Source of the DNA: Motiliproteus sp.
GTDB taxonomy: Bacteria > Pseudomonadota > Gammaproteobacteria > Pseudomonadales > Balneatricaceae
NCBI GenBank assembly: GCA_036964625.1
Contig: JBALTG010000001.1
Location: 25,379-89,378 of the forward strand
Direction of reading: 5' to 3'
DNA length: 64,000 nucleotides
Each line of letters begins with the position of its first letter. Positions within the stretch are counted from its first letter, which is position 1. Below, one piece after another: positions 1 through 13,548 of the stretch. The notes beneath the pieces are model-generated. The model had not been told where the DNA came from. It ran no database searches and saw nothing but the letters and a program-made list of their open reading frames with translations. The position numbers and the translations under genes were made by a program.

Positions 1-191
1 ATGAGCGTTGGGAAGCGCAGGTTAGCCTTCAGGCTCTGCCGCGTGATGCGAGCCCCTGTCGTCAACGTCGTCGCTGCCAGATCACTGGTCGGCCGCACGG
101 TGTTTATCGTAAATTCGGGTTATCCCGAATTAAGCTTCGTGAAGCTGCCATGCGCGGTGATGTACCAGGCTTGAAAAAAGCTAGTTGGTAA
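1..191 (+). CDS. rpsN: 30S ribosomal protein S14, 3' partial (5' end outside window)
   Basis: Frame 3 reads ...[41 protein letters not shown] and ends at TAA 189-191. This is the canonical S14 C-terminus, directly upstream of rpsH. Confidence 0.9.
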   Translation, partial: ERWEAQVSLQALPRDASPCRQRRRCQITGRPHGVYRKFGLSRIKLREAAMRGDVPGLKKASW

Positions 192-246
192 GCGTCGATT
201 CCAATTCCTGGAATCGCATGGCTGCACAATAGTGAGGACTCATTAA

Positions 247-639
247 ATGAGCATGCAAGACACACTTGCGGATATGCTGACGCGTATTCGTAACGGTTTG
301 ATGGCTGAGAAAGTCACCGTGTCCATGCCTGCATCTACACAGAAAAAGGCGGTTGCCCAGGTTCTGTTAGATGAAGGTTATATCACGGGTTTTAGTATTG
401 AAGGCGATGTAAAGCCAACGCTGAGCGTCGATCTTAAGTATTTCGAAGGCAAGCCCGTAATCGAGACAATCGATCGCGTAAGCCGCCCCTCTCTGCGTAT
501 CTATAAGGCCGCTAACGAGCTGCCAAAAGTACGTGATGGGCTGGGTATTGCCATTATTTCAACCTCTAAAGGTGTCATGACCGATCGTGCAGCCCGTGCT
601 GCAAACGTCGGTGGTGAAGTCATCTGCACCGTATTCTAG
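247..639 (+). CDS. rpsH: 30S ribosomal protein S8
   Basis: 130 aa, [17 protein letters not shown]... is a typical S8 N-terminus. The position fits spc operon order. Confidence 0.97.
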   Translation: MSMQDTLADMLTRIRNGLMAEKVTVSMPASTQKKAVAQVLLDEGYITGFSIEGDVKPTLSVDLKYFEGKPVIETIDRVSRPSLRIYKAANELPKVRDGLGIAIISTSKGVMTDRAARAANVGGEVICTVF

Positions 640-648
640 GAGGTTGAC

Positions 649-1182
649 ATGTCACGTATCGCTAAAGCGCCCGTCGTTATCCCTGCTGGCGTAGAGATTG
701 AACTCAAAGGTCAGTCTTTGAGTATTAAAGGAAGCAAGGGCACCCTGGGGCTGAATATTCACCCGAGTGTTACCGTGGTTTCTGAAGAAGGCGTACTGCA
801 GTTTGGTGCCCGCGATGGTTCCAAGCAGTCGAAGGCACTTTCTGGTACTATGCGCTCCCTTGCTAACAACATGGTTGTTGGTGTGAGCCAGGGCTTTGAG
901 AAGAAGCTTGAGTTGGTTGGTGTTGGTTATCGTGGCGCGGTCAAGGGAACGGTTGTTAACCTGTCTCTGGGCTTCTCGCATCCGGTTGACTACCAACTGC
1001 CTGAAGGTGTTTCTGCAGAGATGCCGTCTCAGACTGCTATCGTCCTGAAGGCTGCTGATAAGCAGAAACTGGGACAGGCCGCCGCTGAAATTCGCGCTTT
1101 CCGTCCACCTGAGCCTTATAAGGGCAAGGGTGTTCGTTATGCTGACGAGAATGTGCGTCGTAAAGAAGCTAAGAAGAAATAG
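649..1182 (+). CDS. rplF: 50S ribosomal protein L6
   Basis: 177 aa, [12 protein letters not shown] is L6-like. Operon order S8-L6-L18. Confidence 0.97.
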   Translation: MSRIAKAPVVIPAGVEIELKGQSLSIKGSKGTLGLNIHPSVTVVSEEGVLQFGARDGSKQSKALSGTMRSLANNMVVGVSQGFEKKLELVGVGYRGAVKGTVVNLSLGFSHPVDYQLPEGVSAEMPSQTAIVLKAADKQKLGQAAAEIRAFRPPEPYKGKGVRYADENVRRKEAKKK

Positions 1183-1194
1183 TAGGGCAGGATC

Positions 1195-1545
1195 ATGAGC
1201 GTAAAGAATGAATCTCGTTTACGTCGTGCCCGCCGCTCTCGCTGTAAAATGCGTGAGATGGATGCGACACGTCTATGTGTCTACCGTACCCCTCGGCACG
1301 TCTATGCCCAGATTATCTCTGGCTGTGGCGGCAAAGTACTTGCGAGTGCTTCGACGGTAGAAAAAGAGTTGCGTGAAGGTGCTACCGGTAATATCGAGGC
1401 CGCCACTAAGGTGGGTGCTCTGATTGCCGAGCGTGCTAAGACCGCAGGTGTTACCAAGGTTGCTTTTGATCGTGCCGGTTTTAAATACCACGGCCGAGTC
1501 AAAGCGTTGGCAGAAGCAGCGCGTGAAGGCGGCCTGGAATTCTAA
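1195..1545 (+). CDS. rplR: 50S ribosomal protein L18
   Basis: 116 aa with the [15 protein letters not shown] motif typical of L18. Confidence 0.97.
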   Translation: MSVKNESRLRRARRSRCKMREMDATRLCVYRTPRHVYAQIISGCGGKVLASASTVEKELREGATGNIEAATKVGALIAERAKTAGVTKVAFDRAGFKYHGRVKALAEAAREGGLEF

Positions 1546-1555
1546 AGGTTAGGTT

Positions 1556-2056
1556 ATGGCAAATCACGATCAGAAAGATGGCGACCTGCAAGAAAAGCTA
1601 GTACAGGTCAACCGCGTCGCCAAGGTGGTTAAAGGGGGTCGTGTATTCGGCTTCACCGCCCTGACTGTTGTCGGCGACGGAAATGGTAAGGTCGGCTTCG
1701 GTCGTGGCAAGGCGCGTGAAGTGCCGGTTGCGATCCAGAAGGCGATGGAGCAAGCGCGTCGTAACATGATTACGGTCGAGCTTAATGGTGGCACTCTGCA
1801 GTACGCGGTCAAGGCTCGCCATGGCGCGTCTAAGATCTACATGCAGCCTGCTTCTGAAGGTACGGGTGTTATCGCGGGTGGTGCAATGCGTGCGGTACTG
1901 GAATTGGCTGGCGTGCATAACGTACTGGCTAAGACCTACGGCTCAACCAACCCCGTTAACGTTGTTCGCGCTACTGTGAATGGTCTGAAAGCGATGAGTT
2001 CGCCTGATGCGATTGCAGCTAAGCGTGGCAAAACTGTAGAAGAGATTCTGGGGTAA
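1556..2056 (+). CDS. rpsE: 30S ribosomal protein S5
   Basis: 166 aa. [22 protein letters not shown] is the S5 dsRBD signature. Confidence 0.97.
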   Translation: MANHDQKDGDLQEKLVQVNRVAKVVKGGRVFGFTALTVVGDGNGKVGFGRGKAREVPVAIQKAMEQARRNMITVELNGGTLQYAVKARHGASKIYMQPASEGTGVIAGGAMRAVLELAGVHNVLAKTYGSTNPVNVVRATVNGLKAMSSPDAIAAKRGKTVEEILG

Positions 2057-2062
2057 TCTGCG

Positions 2063-2245
2063 ATGACTAAGACAATCAAAGTGACGCAGACTCGTAGCTC
2101 TATCGGTATCCTGCCTAAGCACAAATTGTGCCTTAAGGGTTTGGGTCTACGCCGTATCGGGCATGTAGTCGAAGTTGAAGACACACCTTCAGTTCGTGGA
2201 ATGGTTAACAAAGTTAACTATCTCATTAGCGTCGAAGGCGAATAG
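2063..2245 (+). CDS. rpmD: 50S ribosomal protein L30
   Basis: 60 aa, [15 protein letters not shown]... is L30-like. Confidence 0.95.
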   Translation: MTKTIKVTQTRSSIGILPKHKLCLKGLGLRRIGHVVEVEDTPSVRGMVNKVNYLISVEGE

Positions 2246-2259
2246 TGGAGAGGCATGTC

Positions 2260-2694
2260 ATGCGTCTGAATACACTGAGCCCAGCTGCTGGTTCCAAGCA
2301 TGCGCCTAAGCGCGTAGGCCGTGGTATCGGTAGTGGATTGGGTAAGACCGCGGGTCGCGGTCACAAGGGACAGAAGTCTCGCTCCGGTGGGTCTGTTAAG
2401 CCAGGTTTTGAAGGCGGCCAGATGCCATTGCAGCGTCGTCTGCCTAAGTTTGGCTTTACCTCTCGTAAAGCGCAGTACAATGCCGAAATTCGCTTGAGTG
2501 AATTGGCACTGATTAGCGCTGATGTGATCGATCTGGTAGCCCTGGAAGCGGCTAACATCATCGGTCATAAAATCAAGGTAGCGAAAGTTATCCTGTCAGG
2601 CAAGATCACCAAGGCCGTTACGGTCAAGGGGCTGAAGGTCACCAAGGGTGCCCGTGCAGCGATCGAAGCCGCCGGCGGAAAGGTCGAGGAATAG
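2260..2694 (+). CDS. rplO: 50S ribosomal protein L15
   Basis: The track ORF starts at 2245. The ATG at 2260 gives [13 protein letters not shown], the conserved L15 N-terminus. Confidence 0.95.
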   Translation: MRLNTLSPAAGSKHAPKRVGRGIGSGLGKTAGRGHKGQKSRSGGSVKPGFEGGQMPLQRRLPKFGFTSRKAQYNAEIRLSELALISADVIDLVALEAANIIGHKIKVAKVILSGKITKAVTVKGLKVTKGARAAIEAAGGKVEE

Positions 2695-4023
2695 ATGGCT
2701 AAGCAAGGTAGTAAGTCCCCCTCCGGAGTTCAAAGCGGCCTGGGCGAGCTTAAAGCGCGTTTGTGGTTTGTCTTTCTAGCCATTGTGGTTTACCGCATTG
2801 GGGCACATATTCCCGTTCCGGGAATCAACCCTGATCGCCTTGCTGCCATGTTCGAACAAAACCAAGGTACTATTCTGAGCTTGTTTAACATGTTCTCGGG
2901 TGGTGCTTTGGAACGTATGAGTATCCTGGCGTTGGGCATCATGCCTTACATATCCGCCTCGATCATCATGCAACTGCTGACCGTTGTCAGCCCTCAGCTA
3001 GCACAGCTCAAGAAAGAGGGTGAAGCAGGTCGACGAAAGATAAGCCAATACACCCGCTACGGTACTGTCATTTTGGCAACCGTTCAGTCGTTAGGTATGG
3101 CGGTAGGTCTCGCGGGGCAGGGCATTGCCTTTAGCGCAGACCTAAGCTTCTACTTCGTCGCTGTTGTAACTCTTGTTTCTGGTGCCGTGTTTCTGATGTG
3201 GCTCGGTGAGCAAATTACCGAGAGAGGTATAGGTAACGGTATTTCACTGTTGATCTTTGCTGGAATCGTCGCAGGTCTGCCCGGTGCAATCGGCCAGTCT
3301 TTCGAAGCGTCCCGTCAAGGTGATCTGAATATCCTGGCACTGTTAACTATCGCTATTATGGCGGTTGCGACAGTGGCGTTTGTAGTGTTTATGGAGCGCG
3401 GCCAACGTCGCATCACCATCAACTACGCCAAGCGTCAGCAGGGTCGGAAAGTGTTTGCCGCCCAAACCAGCCATCTGCCGCTGAAAGTGAATATGGCCGG
3501 GGTTATCCCGCCGATCTTTGCTTCCAGTATTCTGTTGTTTCCGGCTTCGGTCGGGCAGTGGTTCGGGCAGAGTGAAGGTATGGATTGGTTGCAGGATCTT
3601 GCACTGGCGCTTTCTCCGGGTCAGCCGCTATATATCCTGTTATTTGCCGCAGCTGTGATTTTCTTCTGTTACTTCTACACCGCGATTGTTTTCAATCCCA
3701 AGGATGTAGCGGATAACCTGAAGAAGTCAGGCGCCTTTATTCCCGGTATTCGTCCCGGTGATCAATCGGCTCGTTACATCGATCAGGTGCTGTCGCGTCT
3801 GACACTCTTTGGTGCTTTATATATCACCGGTGTGTCGTTGATGCCTCAGTTTTTGGTTGTTGCTTGGAACGTGCCGTTTTACTTCGGTGGAACATCGTTA
3901 CTGATCGTTGTAGTTGTAGTCATGGATTTCATGGCCCAGGTACAGTCGCATCTGATGTCTCATCAGTATGAATCACTGATGAAAAAATCCAATCTCAAAG
4001 GTGGCAGCGGTCTCGTTCGCTAA
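2695..4023 (+). CDS. secY: preprotein translocase subunit SecY
   Basis: 442 aa polytopic membrane protein. SecY-like sequence ([11 protein letters not shown]) in spc operon position. Confidence 0.97.
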   Translation: MAKQGSKSPSGVQSGLGELKARLWFVFLAIVVYRIGAHIPVPGINPDRLAAMFEQNQGTILSLFNMFSGGALERMSILALGIMPYISASIIMQLLTVVSPQLAQLKKEGEAGRRKISQYTRYGTVILATVQSLGMAVGLAGQGIAFSADLSFYFVAVVTLVSGAVFLMWLGEQITERGIGNGISLLIFAGIVAGLPGAIGQSFEASRQGDLNILALLTIAIMAVATVAFVVFMERGQRRITINYAKRQQGRKVFAAQTSHLPLKVNMAGVIPPIFASSILLFPASVGQWFGQSEGMDWLQDLALALSPGQPLYILLFAAAVIFFCYFYTAIVFNPKDVADNLKKSGAFIPGIRPGDQSARYIDQVLSRLTLFGALYITGVSLMPQFLVVAWNVPFYFGGTSLLIVVVVVMDFMAQVQSHLMSHQYESLMKKSNLKGGSGLVR

Positions 4024-4052
4024 CGAGTCCTTGGACCTATTTGGAGTAGATC

Positions 4053-4169
4053 ATGAAAGTACGTGCATCTGTAAAAAAGATTTGCCGTAACTGCAAGATT
4101 GTACGTCGTAACGGAGCCGTTCGCGTCATCTGCAAAACTGAACCGCGCCATAAGCAGCGTCAGGGTTAA
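4053..4169 (+). CDS. rpmJ: 50S ribosomal protein L36
   Basis: Not in the ORF track because it is too short. My own translation gives [38 protein letters not shown], which is L36 with its CxxC...C...H zinc ribbon. Confidence 0.95.
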   Translation: MKVRASVKKICRNCKIVRRNGAVRVICKTEPRHKQRQG

Positions 4170-4315
4170 TAACCCCGAGGTGCTTTCGTACGAAGGCCAG
4201 AAACAGTGGTTGATAAATAAACGATCAATCATTATAATCTTGCGCCTCTCGTTGAATGGTTAACGTAGCGTGCTGTGAACCAACAAAATTCACAGCCGAA
4301 CACGGAGTAAATTGA

Positions 4316-4672
4316 ATGGCCCGTATAGCTGGCGTCAATATTCCAGACAATAAGCATGCGGTGATCTCCCTGACTTATATCTATGGGATCGGCCGTACTA
4401 CTGCACAGTCGCTGTGCGACACAGTGGGCTTGGCGACCGATGTAAAAATCGGAGACCTGTCTGAAGAACAACTGGATGGCCTGCGCGCCGAAATCACCAA
4501 GCTCAGTGTTGAGGGTGATCTCCGCCGCGAGGTAAACATGAATATCAAGCGTCTTATGGACCTTGGCTGTTACCGTGGTATTCGCCACCGTCGCAGTCTG
4601 CCGGTTCGTGGTCAGCGCACTAAGACCAATGCGCGTACCCGTAAGGGACCACGTAAGCCGATCCGTAAGTAG
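4316..4672 (+). CDS. rpsM: 30S ribosomal protein S13
   Basis: 118 aa, [13 protein letters not shown] is the S13 N-terminus. First gene of the alpha operon. Confidence 0.97.
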   Translation: MARIAGVNIPDNKHAVISLTYIYGIGRTTAQSLCDTVGLATDVKIGDLSEEQLDGLRAEITKLSVEGDLRREVNMNIKRLMDLGCYRGIRHRRSLPVRGQRTKTNARTRKGPRKPIRK

Positions 4673-4696
4673 TGCTGGCGATAGGAATAAACCGAC

Positions 4697-5089
4697 ATGG
4701 CTAAGCCAAGTTCGCGCGCACCGCGCAAGAAAATCAAAAAGCAGGTTGTTGATGGGTTAGCTCACATCCACGCCTCTTTTAACAACACCATTGTGACCAT
4801 TACCGATCGTCAAGGTAACACTCTGAGCTGGGCTACCTCTGGTGGTTCTGGGTTCCGTGGTTCGCGTAAGTCCACTCCGTTCGCTGCCCAGGTTGCAGCT
4901 GAGCGAGCTGGTCAAGCGGCTCAGGAGTATGGTCTGAAGAATCTCGACGTGTTCGTGAAGGGCCCAGGCCCAGGTCGTGAATCCGCAGTTCGTGCATTGA
5001 ACAATGTGGGTTACAAAATCACCAACATCACCGACGTGACGCCTATCCCGCATAATGGATGTCGTCCGCCGAAGAAGCGTCGCGTTTAA
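4697..5089 (+). CDS. rpsK: 30S ribosomal protein S11
   Basis: 130 aa. [18 protein letters not shown] is an S11 signature. Confidence 0.97.
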   Translation: MAKPSSRAPRKKIKKQVVDGLAHIHASFNNTIVTITDRQGNTLSWATSGGSGFRGSRKSTPFAAQVAAERAGQAAQEYGLKNLDVFVKGPGPGRESAVRALNNVGYKITNITDVTPIPHNGCRPPKKRRV

Positions 5090-5104
5090 TCAGGAGACGG
5101 TAAA

Positions 5105-5725
5105 ATGGCTCGATATACTGGACCAACATGTAAGCTGTCTCGCCGCGAAGGTACGGACCTGTTCCTTAAGAGCGGCGTACGTGCACTAGATTCAAAGTGC
5201 AAGGCAGAAACTCCTCCGGGAGTCCACGGAGCGCGTCGTAGTCGTCTTTCTGACTACGGTCTGCAGTTACGTGAAAAGCAAAAAGTTCGTCGTATCTACG
5301 GCATTCTGGAGCGTCAGTTCCGCAGCTACTACAAAGAAGCTGCTCGCCTAAAGGGCGCAACCGGTGAGAACTTGTTGCAGCTGCTTGAAGGCAGATTGGA
5401 TAACGTGGTTTATCGCATGGGATTTGGTGCAACTCGTGCTGAATCTCGTCAGATCGTTTCTCACAAGTCGATTCTGGTTAATGGCAAGACGGTCAATGTA
5501 CCTTCTTACCAGGTAGTTGCCGGCGACATCGTCTCTGTGCGTGAAAAGGCTAAGACTCAGCTGCGGATTAAAAACGCACTGGAGCTTGCTTCTCAGCGTA
5601 CTGTGATCGAGTGGGTTGATGTTGATAACGCTAAAATGGAAGGCACCTTTAAGGCAGCCCCTGAGCGTAGCGAGCTATCCGCCGATATCAACGAACATCT
5701 GATCGTTGAACTGTACTCTAAGTAA
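5105..5725 (+). CDS. rpsD: 30S ribosomal protein S4
   Basis: 206 aa, [16 protein letters not shown] is the S4 N-terminus. Confidence 0.97.
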   Translation: MARYTGPTCKLSRREGTDLFLKSGVRALDSKCKAETPPGVHGARRSRLSDYGLQLREKQKVRRIYGILERQFRSYYKEAARLKGATGENLLQLLEGRLDNVVYRMGFGATRAESRQIVSHKSILVNGKTVNVPSYQVVAGDIVSVREKAKTQLRIKNALELASQRTVIEWVDVDNAKMEGTFKAAPERSELSADINEHLIVELYSK

Positions 5726-5744
5726 TCAATGCTAGGTGGAAATA

Positions 5745-6746
5745 ATGCAGGCTTCTGTAAACGAACTTCTTAGCCCTAGCCGGATCGAAGTTGAGGAGAT
5801 CTCGAGCACTCGTGCCCGTGTTTCCCTCGAGCCGCTAGAGCGTGGTTTCGGCCACACGCTGGGTAATGCGCTGCGACGGATTCTTCTGTCCTCCATGCCT
5901 GGTTGCGCAATCTCCGATGTGGAGATTGATGGCGTACAGCACGAGTACAGCTCTATTGAGGGTGTACAGGAGGATGTCATTGAGATCCTGCTGAACCTCA
6001 AGGGCGTTTCTGTAGCCATGCATAATGGTGAAGAAGCGCTGCTGACACTGACAAAGCAGGGCCCCTGTGTTGTCACCGCGGCTGATATAGAGCTGAATCA
6101 GGATGTTGAACTGGCTAACCCCGATCACGTGATCGCTCACCTGAGTGATAAAGCCAAGCTGTCTATGCAGCTGCGCGTTACCCGTGGTCGTGGCTATGTG
6201 CCTGCCGACGGTCGTGATAGCTCCGATGAAGAGAGTCGCCCTATTGGTCGTCTACTTCTGGATGCTAGTTACAGCCCGGTACGTCGCGTATCTTACGTGG
6301 TCGAGAGTGCTCGGGTTGAGCAGCGTACCGACCTTGATAAGCTGGTGATCGACCTTGAAACTACCGGTGCCATCGATCCGGAAGAAGCGATCCGTCGCTC
6401 TGCAACTATTCTGCAGCAGCAACTGGTTGCCTTCGTTGATCTGGAAGGTGAGTCTGGTGTTGATGAGGCTGAGCCCGAGCCGGAAATCGATCCGATTCTG
6501 CTGCGCCCGGTTGATGATCTAGAGCTGACCGTTCGTTCTGCGAACTGTCTGAAAGCCGAGAACCTCTACTACATTGGTGATTTGATCCAGCGTACTGAAG
6601 TAGAGTTGCTTAAGACCCCGAACCTGGGTAAGAAGTCCCTGACTGAAATCAAGGATGTTCTTGCTTCGAAAGGTCTTTCTCTTGGTATGCGTCTGGAAAA
6701 TTGGCCGCCTGCGAGCCTGAGAAACGACGACAAGATGGCCTCCTAA
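5745..6746 (+). CDS. rpoA: DNA-directed RNA polymerase alpha subunit
   Basis: The track ORF begins at GTG 5736. The ATG at 5745 (MQASVNELL) follows an AGGTGGA Shine-Dalgarno and matches the E. coli-type MQGSVTEFL start. Confidence 0.96.
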   Translation: MQASVNELLSPSRIEVEEISSTRARVSLEPLERGFGHTLGNALRRILLSSMPGCAISDVEIDGVQHEYSSIEGVQEDVIEILLNLKGVSVAMHNGEEALLTLTKQGPCVVTAADIELNQDVELANPDHVIAHLSDKAKLSMQLRVTRGRGYVPADGRDSSDEESRPIGRLLLDASYSPVRRVSYVVESARVEQRTDLDKLVIDLETTGAIDPEEAIRRSATILQQQLVAFVDLEGESGVDEAEPEPEIDPILLRPVDDLELTVRSANCLKAENLYYIGDLIQRTEVELLKTPNLGKKSLTEIKDVLASKGLSLGMRLENWPPASLRNDDKMAS

Positions 6747-6790
6747 GGCTGTCTTGACTGAACCACGTCTAGTTTTGTAAGGAATTAAAC

Positions 6791-7186
6791 ATGCGCCATC
6801 GTAAAAGTGGGCGTCAACTAAATCGCAATAGCTCGCATCGTAAAGCGATGTTCAAAAACATGGCTATAAGCCTGTTTGAGCACGAGCTGATTAAGACGAC
6901 ACTGCCCAAAGCTAAAGAGCTACGTCGTGTTGCTGAGCCTTTGATCACACTGGCTAAGCAAGACTCAGTAGCAAATCGCCGTTTGGCATTTGCCCGTACT
7001 CGCTGTGATGCGACTGTCGGCAAACTGTTCACCGAACTAGGACCGCGTTATGCTAGCCGTCCTGGTGGTTACATTCGTATTCTCAAGTGCGGTTTCCGCT
7101 CGGGTGACAATGCGCCTATGGCCTACGTTGAATTGGTTGACCGTGTAGTTACGGGCGATGCAGTCGAAGATACGTCTGAAGACTAA
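6791..7186 (+). CDS. rplQ: 50S ribosomal protein L17
   Basis: 131 aa, [20 protein letters not shown] is the L17 N-terminus. Last gene of the alpha operon. Confidence 0.97.
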   Translation: MRHRKSGRQLNRNSSHRKAMFKNMAISLFEHELIKTTLPKAKELRRVAEPLITLAKQDSVANRRLAFARTRCDATVGKLFTELGPRYASRPGGYIRILKCGFRSGDNAPMAYVELVDRVVTGDAVEDTSED

Positions 7187-7206
7187 ACGTCGCTGTTAAG
7201 ATAAAA

Positions 7207-7234
7207 AGCCCGGCTTATGCTGGGCTTTTTTTTG
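7207..7234 (+). terminator. rho-independent terminator of the alpha operon
   Basis: AGCCCGGC-TTAT-GCTGGGCT stem (one G-U pair) followed by a T8 run. Confidence 0.85.
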
Positions 7235-7561
7235 CGTGTTGAAAACAGTTGTCGTGGTTGATGGGTGTAGGTAAGTCTCGACCTGATGTTGATGTTTGTG
7301 TTGTCACGGACACCTTAAGGGTTCCTTCTTACCTACAAAGCTACGCCATGAAGCAGCGGATCTATTTTCGTGAGCCGCACTAATCAAGCCATAGCGCTTA
7401 AGTCTTTCTGTTTACTCGCCCCTCCTTCAAGAAAAATCAGCCATGATGCCGCCGATCTATTCTCGCGTGCCCGTAAGTCCATCGCTGTGATGGCTGGAAA
7501 TCATGGCTAATCAGGAAATTTGTTACCTGAACAATTGAGGATTGGATTTGTAAACCGTCCT

Positions 7562-10390
<2,829 letters not shown>

Positions 10391-10587
10391 ACAGGCCTCT
10401 GGCACAACGTGACTGATTAAATAAAGCAGTCCCTAGTATATAAGATCAGGACCTCAAGAAGTGGTTGATAAAACATTAACCGGGCAGAGTCTATCTGCGA
10501 AGAGTTATGGTATTCTAAATTGCTAATAGGTTTGTTGTCGGCGCGGCGCGGACTTAGATTGGATCATCATGAAAGAGTAGAGAATCG

Positions 10588-11256
10588 ATGGCACGTGGAG
10601 TGAACAAAGTAATCTTGATCGGTAATCTTGGTCAGGATCCTGAAGTGCGTTACATGCCTAATGGTAATGCAGTTACCAATGTGACACTGGCTACCTCTGA
10701 GAGCTGGAAGGACCGCGAGAGTGGTCAGCAGCAGGAGCGCACCGAATGGCATCGGGTGGTGTTTTTCGGAAAACTAGCCGAAATCGCCGGCCAATACTTG
10801 CGTAAAGGGTCAAAGATATACGTTGATGGCGCTTTGCGGACCAATAAGTGGCAGGGGCAGGATGGCCAGGATCGTTACACCACCGAGATTGTCGTCGGTA
10901 ATGGAGGTTCGATGCAGATGCTTGACTCGCGTCCCGGAGATCAAGGCGGCTACCAGCAGCAGGGCCAGCAAGGTCAGCAGCAGGGTCAGCAACAGCAGCC
11001 CCGCCCTCAGCAGTCTCAGCAACAGCCTCAGCAGCAACAACAGCAGCAAGCGCCTGCGCAGAATTATTCGCAGCAGTCTGGTCAGCAGTCTGGTCAGCAG
11101 TCTGGTCAGCAGTCTGGTCAGCAGGGCGGTTACGGTGCCCGGCAGCCATCCGCGCCACCCAAGAACCGGCCACAGAATCAGCCCCAGAATCAACCACAAA
11201 GCCCGCCACAACCCCCGGCGGGTATGGATGATTTTGACGACGACATTCCGTTTTAG
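10588..11256 (+). CDS. ssb: single-stranded DNA-binding protein with an unusually long Q/P-rich linker
   Basis: OB-fold N-terminus [26 protein letters not shown] and the canonical acidic tip DDFDDDIPF. Divergent from uvrA, as in many gammaproteobacteria. Confidence 0.96.
   Translation: MARGVNKVILIGNLGQDPEVRYMPNGNAVTNVTLATSESWKDRESGQQQERTEWHRVVFFGKLAEIAGQYLRKGSKIYVDGALRTNKWQGQDGQDRYTTEIVVGNGGSMQMLDSRPGDQGGYQQQGQQGQQQGQQQQPRPQQSQQQPQQQQQQQAPAQNYSQQSGQQSGQQSGQQSGQQGGYGARQPSAPPKNRPQNQPQNQPQSPPQPPAGMDDFDDDIPF
11071..11130 (+). repeat. in-frame 12-nt tandem repeat (CAGCAGTCTGGT x4 plus a degenerate fifth) inside ssb
   Basis: Direct reading of the sequence. It encodes QQSG x4 followed by QQGG. Confidence 0.9.
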
Positions 11257-11273
11257 GTTTAGGGACCGTTTCT

Positions 11274-12149
11274 TTGTTTGAGCTACCCGCATTATTGGTC
11301 GTCGGTGCTCAAGGCCAGCTCGGTTATGAGGTGGAGGTCTTGGCTCGGGAGCAGGGCTTTAGCTTGACCGCGCTGGATCATGCTCAGCTCGATATTCTCG
11401 ATAGCGCTGCGGTGGTGGCTGCTTTAGCTGAGTACAAGCCTAAGTTTGTCATTAATGCAGCAGCCGTTCTCAATACCCAGGAGCAGCAACTGGCGGCTTA
11501 TGCGGCTAATACCCGTGGAGCGGCTATTCTGGCTGAAAATTGTCGCGCTGCTGGCTGTGCGATGATCCACCTGTCTTGTGCCGAGGTGTTTGCGGGGGAT
11601 CTGAATGAGCCGTACGCAGAGGATCAGAATCCCGCTCCGCTTACCCTGTATGCGCAGAGCAAGGCGCGGGGAGAGGAGCTGGTTCGAGCGGCGTTACCGC
11701 AGCATATTATCTTGCGTACCGGGTGGCTGTTTGGGGTCCGAAGTGGCAGCTTTGTTCGCGAGTTGCTGGAGCAGGCTCGGCAACAGGAGCAGGTCTGCAT
11801 TGCGGATGGATTGGTCGGTGATCCGACCCCCGCTGCGGATGTGGCCAGGGTTATTCTGGCGATGATCAAGCAACTGGACAGTGGCGCTGAGTGCTGGGGT
11901 ACGTATCATTATTCCGCCTCTGAAAGCGTCAGCTGGTTCGGTTTTGCCGAGGCTATTATTGCTACAGCCAGGCAGTATGCCGATATTTCGTTGGAGCGAT
12001 TGCTAACACGGCCTCAGGCACAGTTGCCGATGCGTCAGCGTCCCGTCAATAGCCGCCTGGATTGCGATAAAATTTTGTGCACGTTCGGTATCCATCAGCG
12101 CGCGTGGCGTTCGGGGCTGATGCAGGTCATTCGCAATTATTACAGCTAG
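11274..12149 (+). CDS. RmlD-like SDR (dTDP-4-dehydrorhamnose reductase family), orphan
   Basis: 291 aa. GAQGQLG Rossmann motif, a YAQSK catalytic Y-x3-K, and an ILRTGWLFG block resembling E. coli RfbD. TTG start, so the start is uncertain. Confidence 0.7.
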   Translation: MFELPALLVVGAQGQLGYEVEVLAREQGFSLTALDHAQLDILDSAAVVAALAEYKPKFVINAAAVLNTQEQQLAAYAANTRGAAILAENCRAAGCAMIHLSCAEVFAGDLNEPYAEDQNPAPLTLYAQSKARGEELVRAALPQHIILRTGWLFGVRSGSFVRELLEQARQQEQVCIADGLVGDPTPAADVARVILAMIKQLDSGAECWGTYHYSASESVSWFGFAEAIIATARQYADISLERLLTRPQAQLPMRQRPVNSRLDCDKILCTFGIHQRAWRSGLMQVIRNYYS

Positions 12150-12384
12150 TTCGTGACAGCGGTTGTTATAGCAGTCTCGAATAGCTGGGACAGAAAGGCA
12201 CAGTGAGCTAGATGCGCGCAGTGGGTTAAATTGCCGCACTGACCCAGGCGTCTGTTGTATTTTCCGCACGACTGCATGATTGCAGGCGATAGAGCAGCGC
12301 AGCAGCGGTTGTCGAATAGATCCGTGTTAACGTTGACAGCCGCCTAGGCTGCAGTGAAGTAACTCTCAGAATCCGGTGGTGTTG

Positions 12385-13380
12385 ATGTCAAATCCTTCCC
12401 TGATTGATCGCTTTGGTCGTCACGTCGATTACATCCGAATTTCGGTCACCGATCGCTGCGATTTCCGTTGTGTTTATTGCATGGCTGAGGAGATGAGCTT
12501 TGTGCCTCGTCCTCAGGTATTAAGTCTTGAAGAGATCGAGCTGACCGCGCAGGCGTTCGTAGCGCTGGGGGTTAAAAAAATCCGCTTGACCGGTGGTGAG
12601 CCGTTGGTGCGACGCGGCATCGTATCGCTGTGTCAGCGGTTGTCGGCCCTGGAAGGCCTGGATGAATTAGTGATGACCACCAATGGCTCGCAGCTGCCGA
12701 AGTTGGCCAGTGCTCTCAGTGGTGCAGGGGTTAAACGCCTCAATATCAGTTTGGACTCGCTGCGTGCTGAGCGATTCGCCGCGCTGACCCGTACCGGTCG
12801 ACTCGATCAGGTGGTGGCCGGGATTGACGCCGCCTGCGCTGCAGGATTCAAGCGGATTAAGCTCAATGCGGTGATCATGAAGGGCCGTAACGACGACGAG
12901 GTGCTTGATCTGGTTGAGTTTGCGCGTGAGCGCAATCTGGATATCAGCTTTATCGAAGAGATGCCGCTAGGGGTTATTCGTGAGCATGATCGCGAAGAGT
13001 CCTATTGCTCTAGCGAGGAGGTGCGCGATTTGATTCAGCAGCGTTATGCGCTGCTCGATTCCACGCTGGTGACTGCGGGGCCGTCTCGCTACTATCAGAT
13101 GGCTGACAGCGCTAGCCGGATCGGTTTTATCTCCCCCCACAGTCATAATTTTTGTCATGCCTGTAATCGAGTGCGTTTGACTGCAGAGGGGCGGTTGTTG
13201 CTCTGTCTGGGCAACGAGCATTCGTTCGATCTTCGTGCGCTGCTCCGCGCGCCTGGGTTTACCCCGGCTCAGCTAGAGCCCGCCATCCGCAAGGCCATGG
13301 ATCTAAAACCAGAGAAGCATGAGTTCGACCTCAGTGGCGAGCCTCAAATCTTACGTTTTATGAACATGACCGGTGGCTGA
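12385..13380 (+). CDS. moaA: GTP 3',8-cyclase (molybdenum cofactor biosynthesis protein A)
   Basis: [28 protein letters not shown] is a radical-SAM CxxxCxxC motif, with a C-terminal GG. ATG at 12385 chosen over upstream GTG/TTG codons. Confidence 0.93.
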   Translation: MSNPSLIDRFGRHVDYIRISVTDRCDFRCVYCMAEEMSFVPRPQVLSLEEIELTAQAFVALGVKKIRLTGGEPLVRRGIVSLCQRLSALEGLDELVMTTNGSQLPKLASALSGAGVKRLNISLDSLRAERFAALTRTGRLDQVVAGIDAACAAGFKRIKLNAVIMKGRNDDEVLDLVEFARERNLDISFIEEMPLGVIREHDREESYCSSEEVRDLIQQRYALLDSTLVTAGPSRYYQMADSASRIGFISPHSHNFCHACNRVRLTAEGRLLLCLGNEHSFDLRALLRAPGFTPAQLEPAIRKAMDLKPEKHEFDLSGEPQILRFMNMTGG

Positions 13381-13548
13381 TTATGGATTCATCCGCCATC
13401 CAGGTGTGGGCGGAGGTCTTTTCTCCGCGCACGCCTGCCTTTTGTACTAAGAACGCGTAGAATGTGCGCCTCGTATCGTGCCGGAGCGCTCCGTTTCGGG
13501 TTGGTTGAGAAATAGATAACGGGCTGTTAATGGCTCGATAATGGCTGC

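Noticed and set aside
10415-10431. LexA (SOS) box between uvrA and ssb: CTGATTAAATAAAGCAG
   Set aside because: The CTG and CAG are separated by 11 nt rather than the canonical 10 (CTGT-N8-ACAG). The inner T and A of the half-sites are also missing. This is not a convincing SOS box, although uvrA/ssb are classic LexA targets. A PWM scan could revisit it.
10691-11292. Antisense and off-frame ORFs across the ssb linker (172, 160 and 152 aa)
   Set aside because: They are generated by the CAG/CTG-rich repeats of the ssb linker and have no independent support.
12150-12384. Moco riboswitch upstream of moaA
   Set aside because: I could not find the conserved Moco-motif elements, such as the GCCUCC-type 3' segment paired near the RBS. 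A cmsearch with the Rfam Moco model would be decisive.
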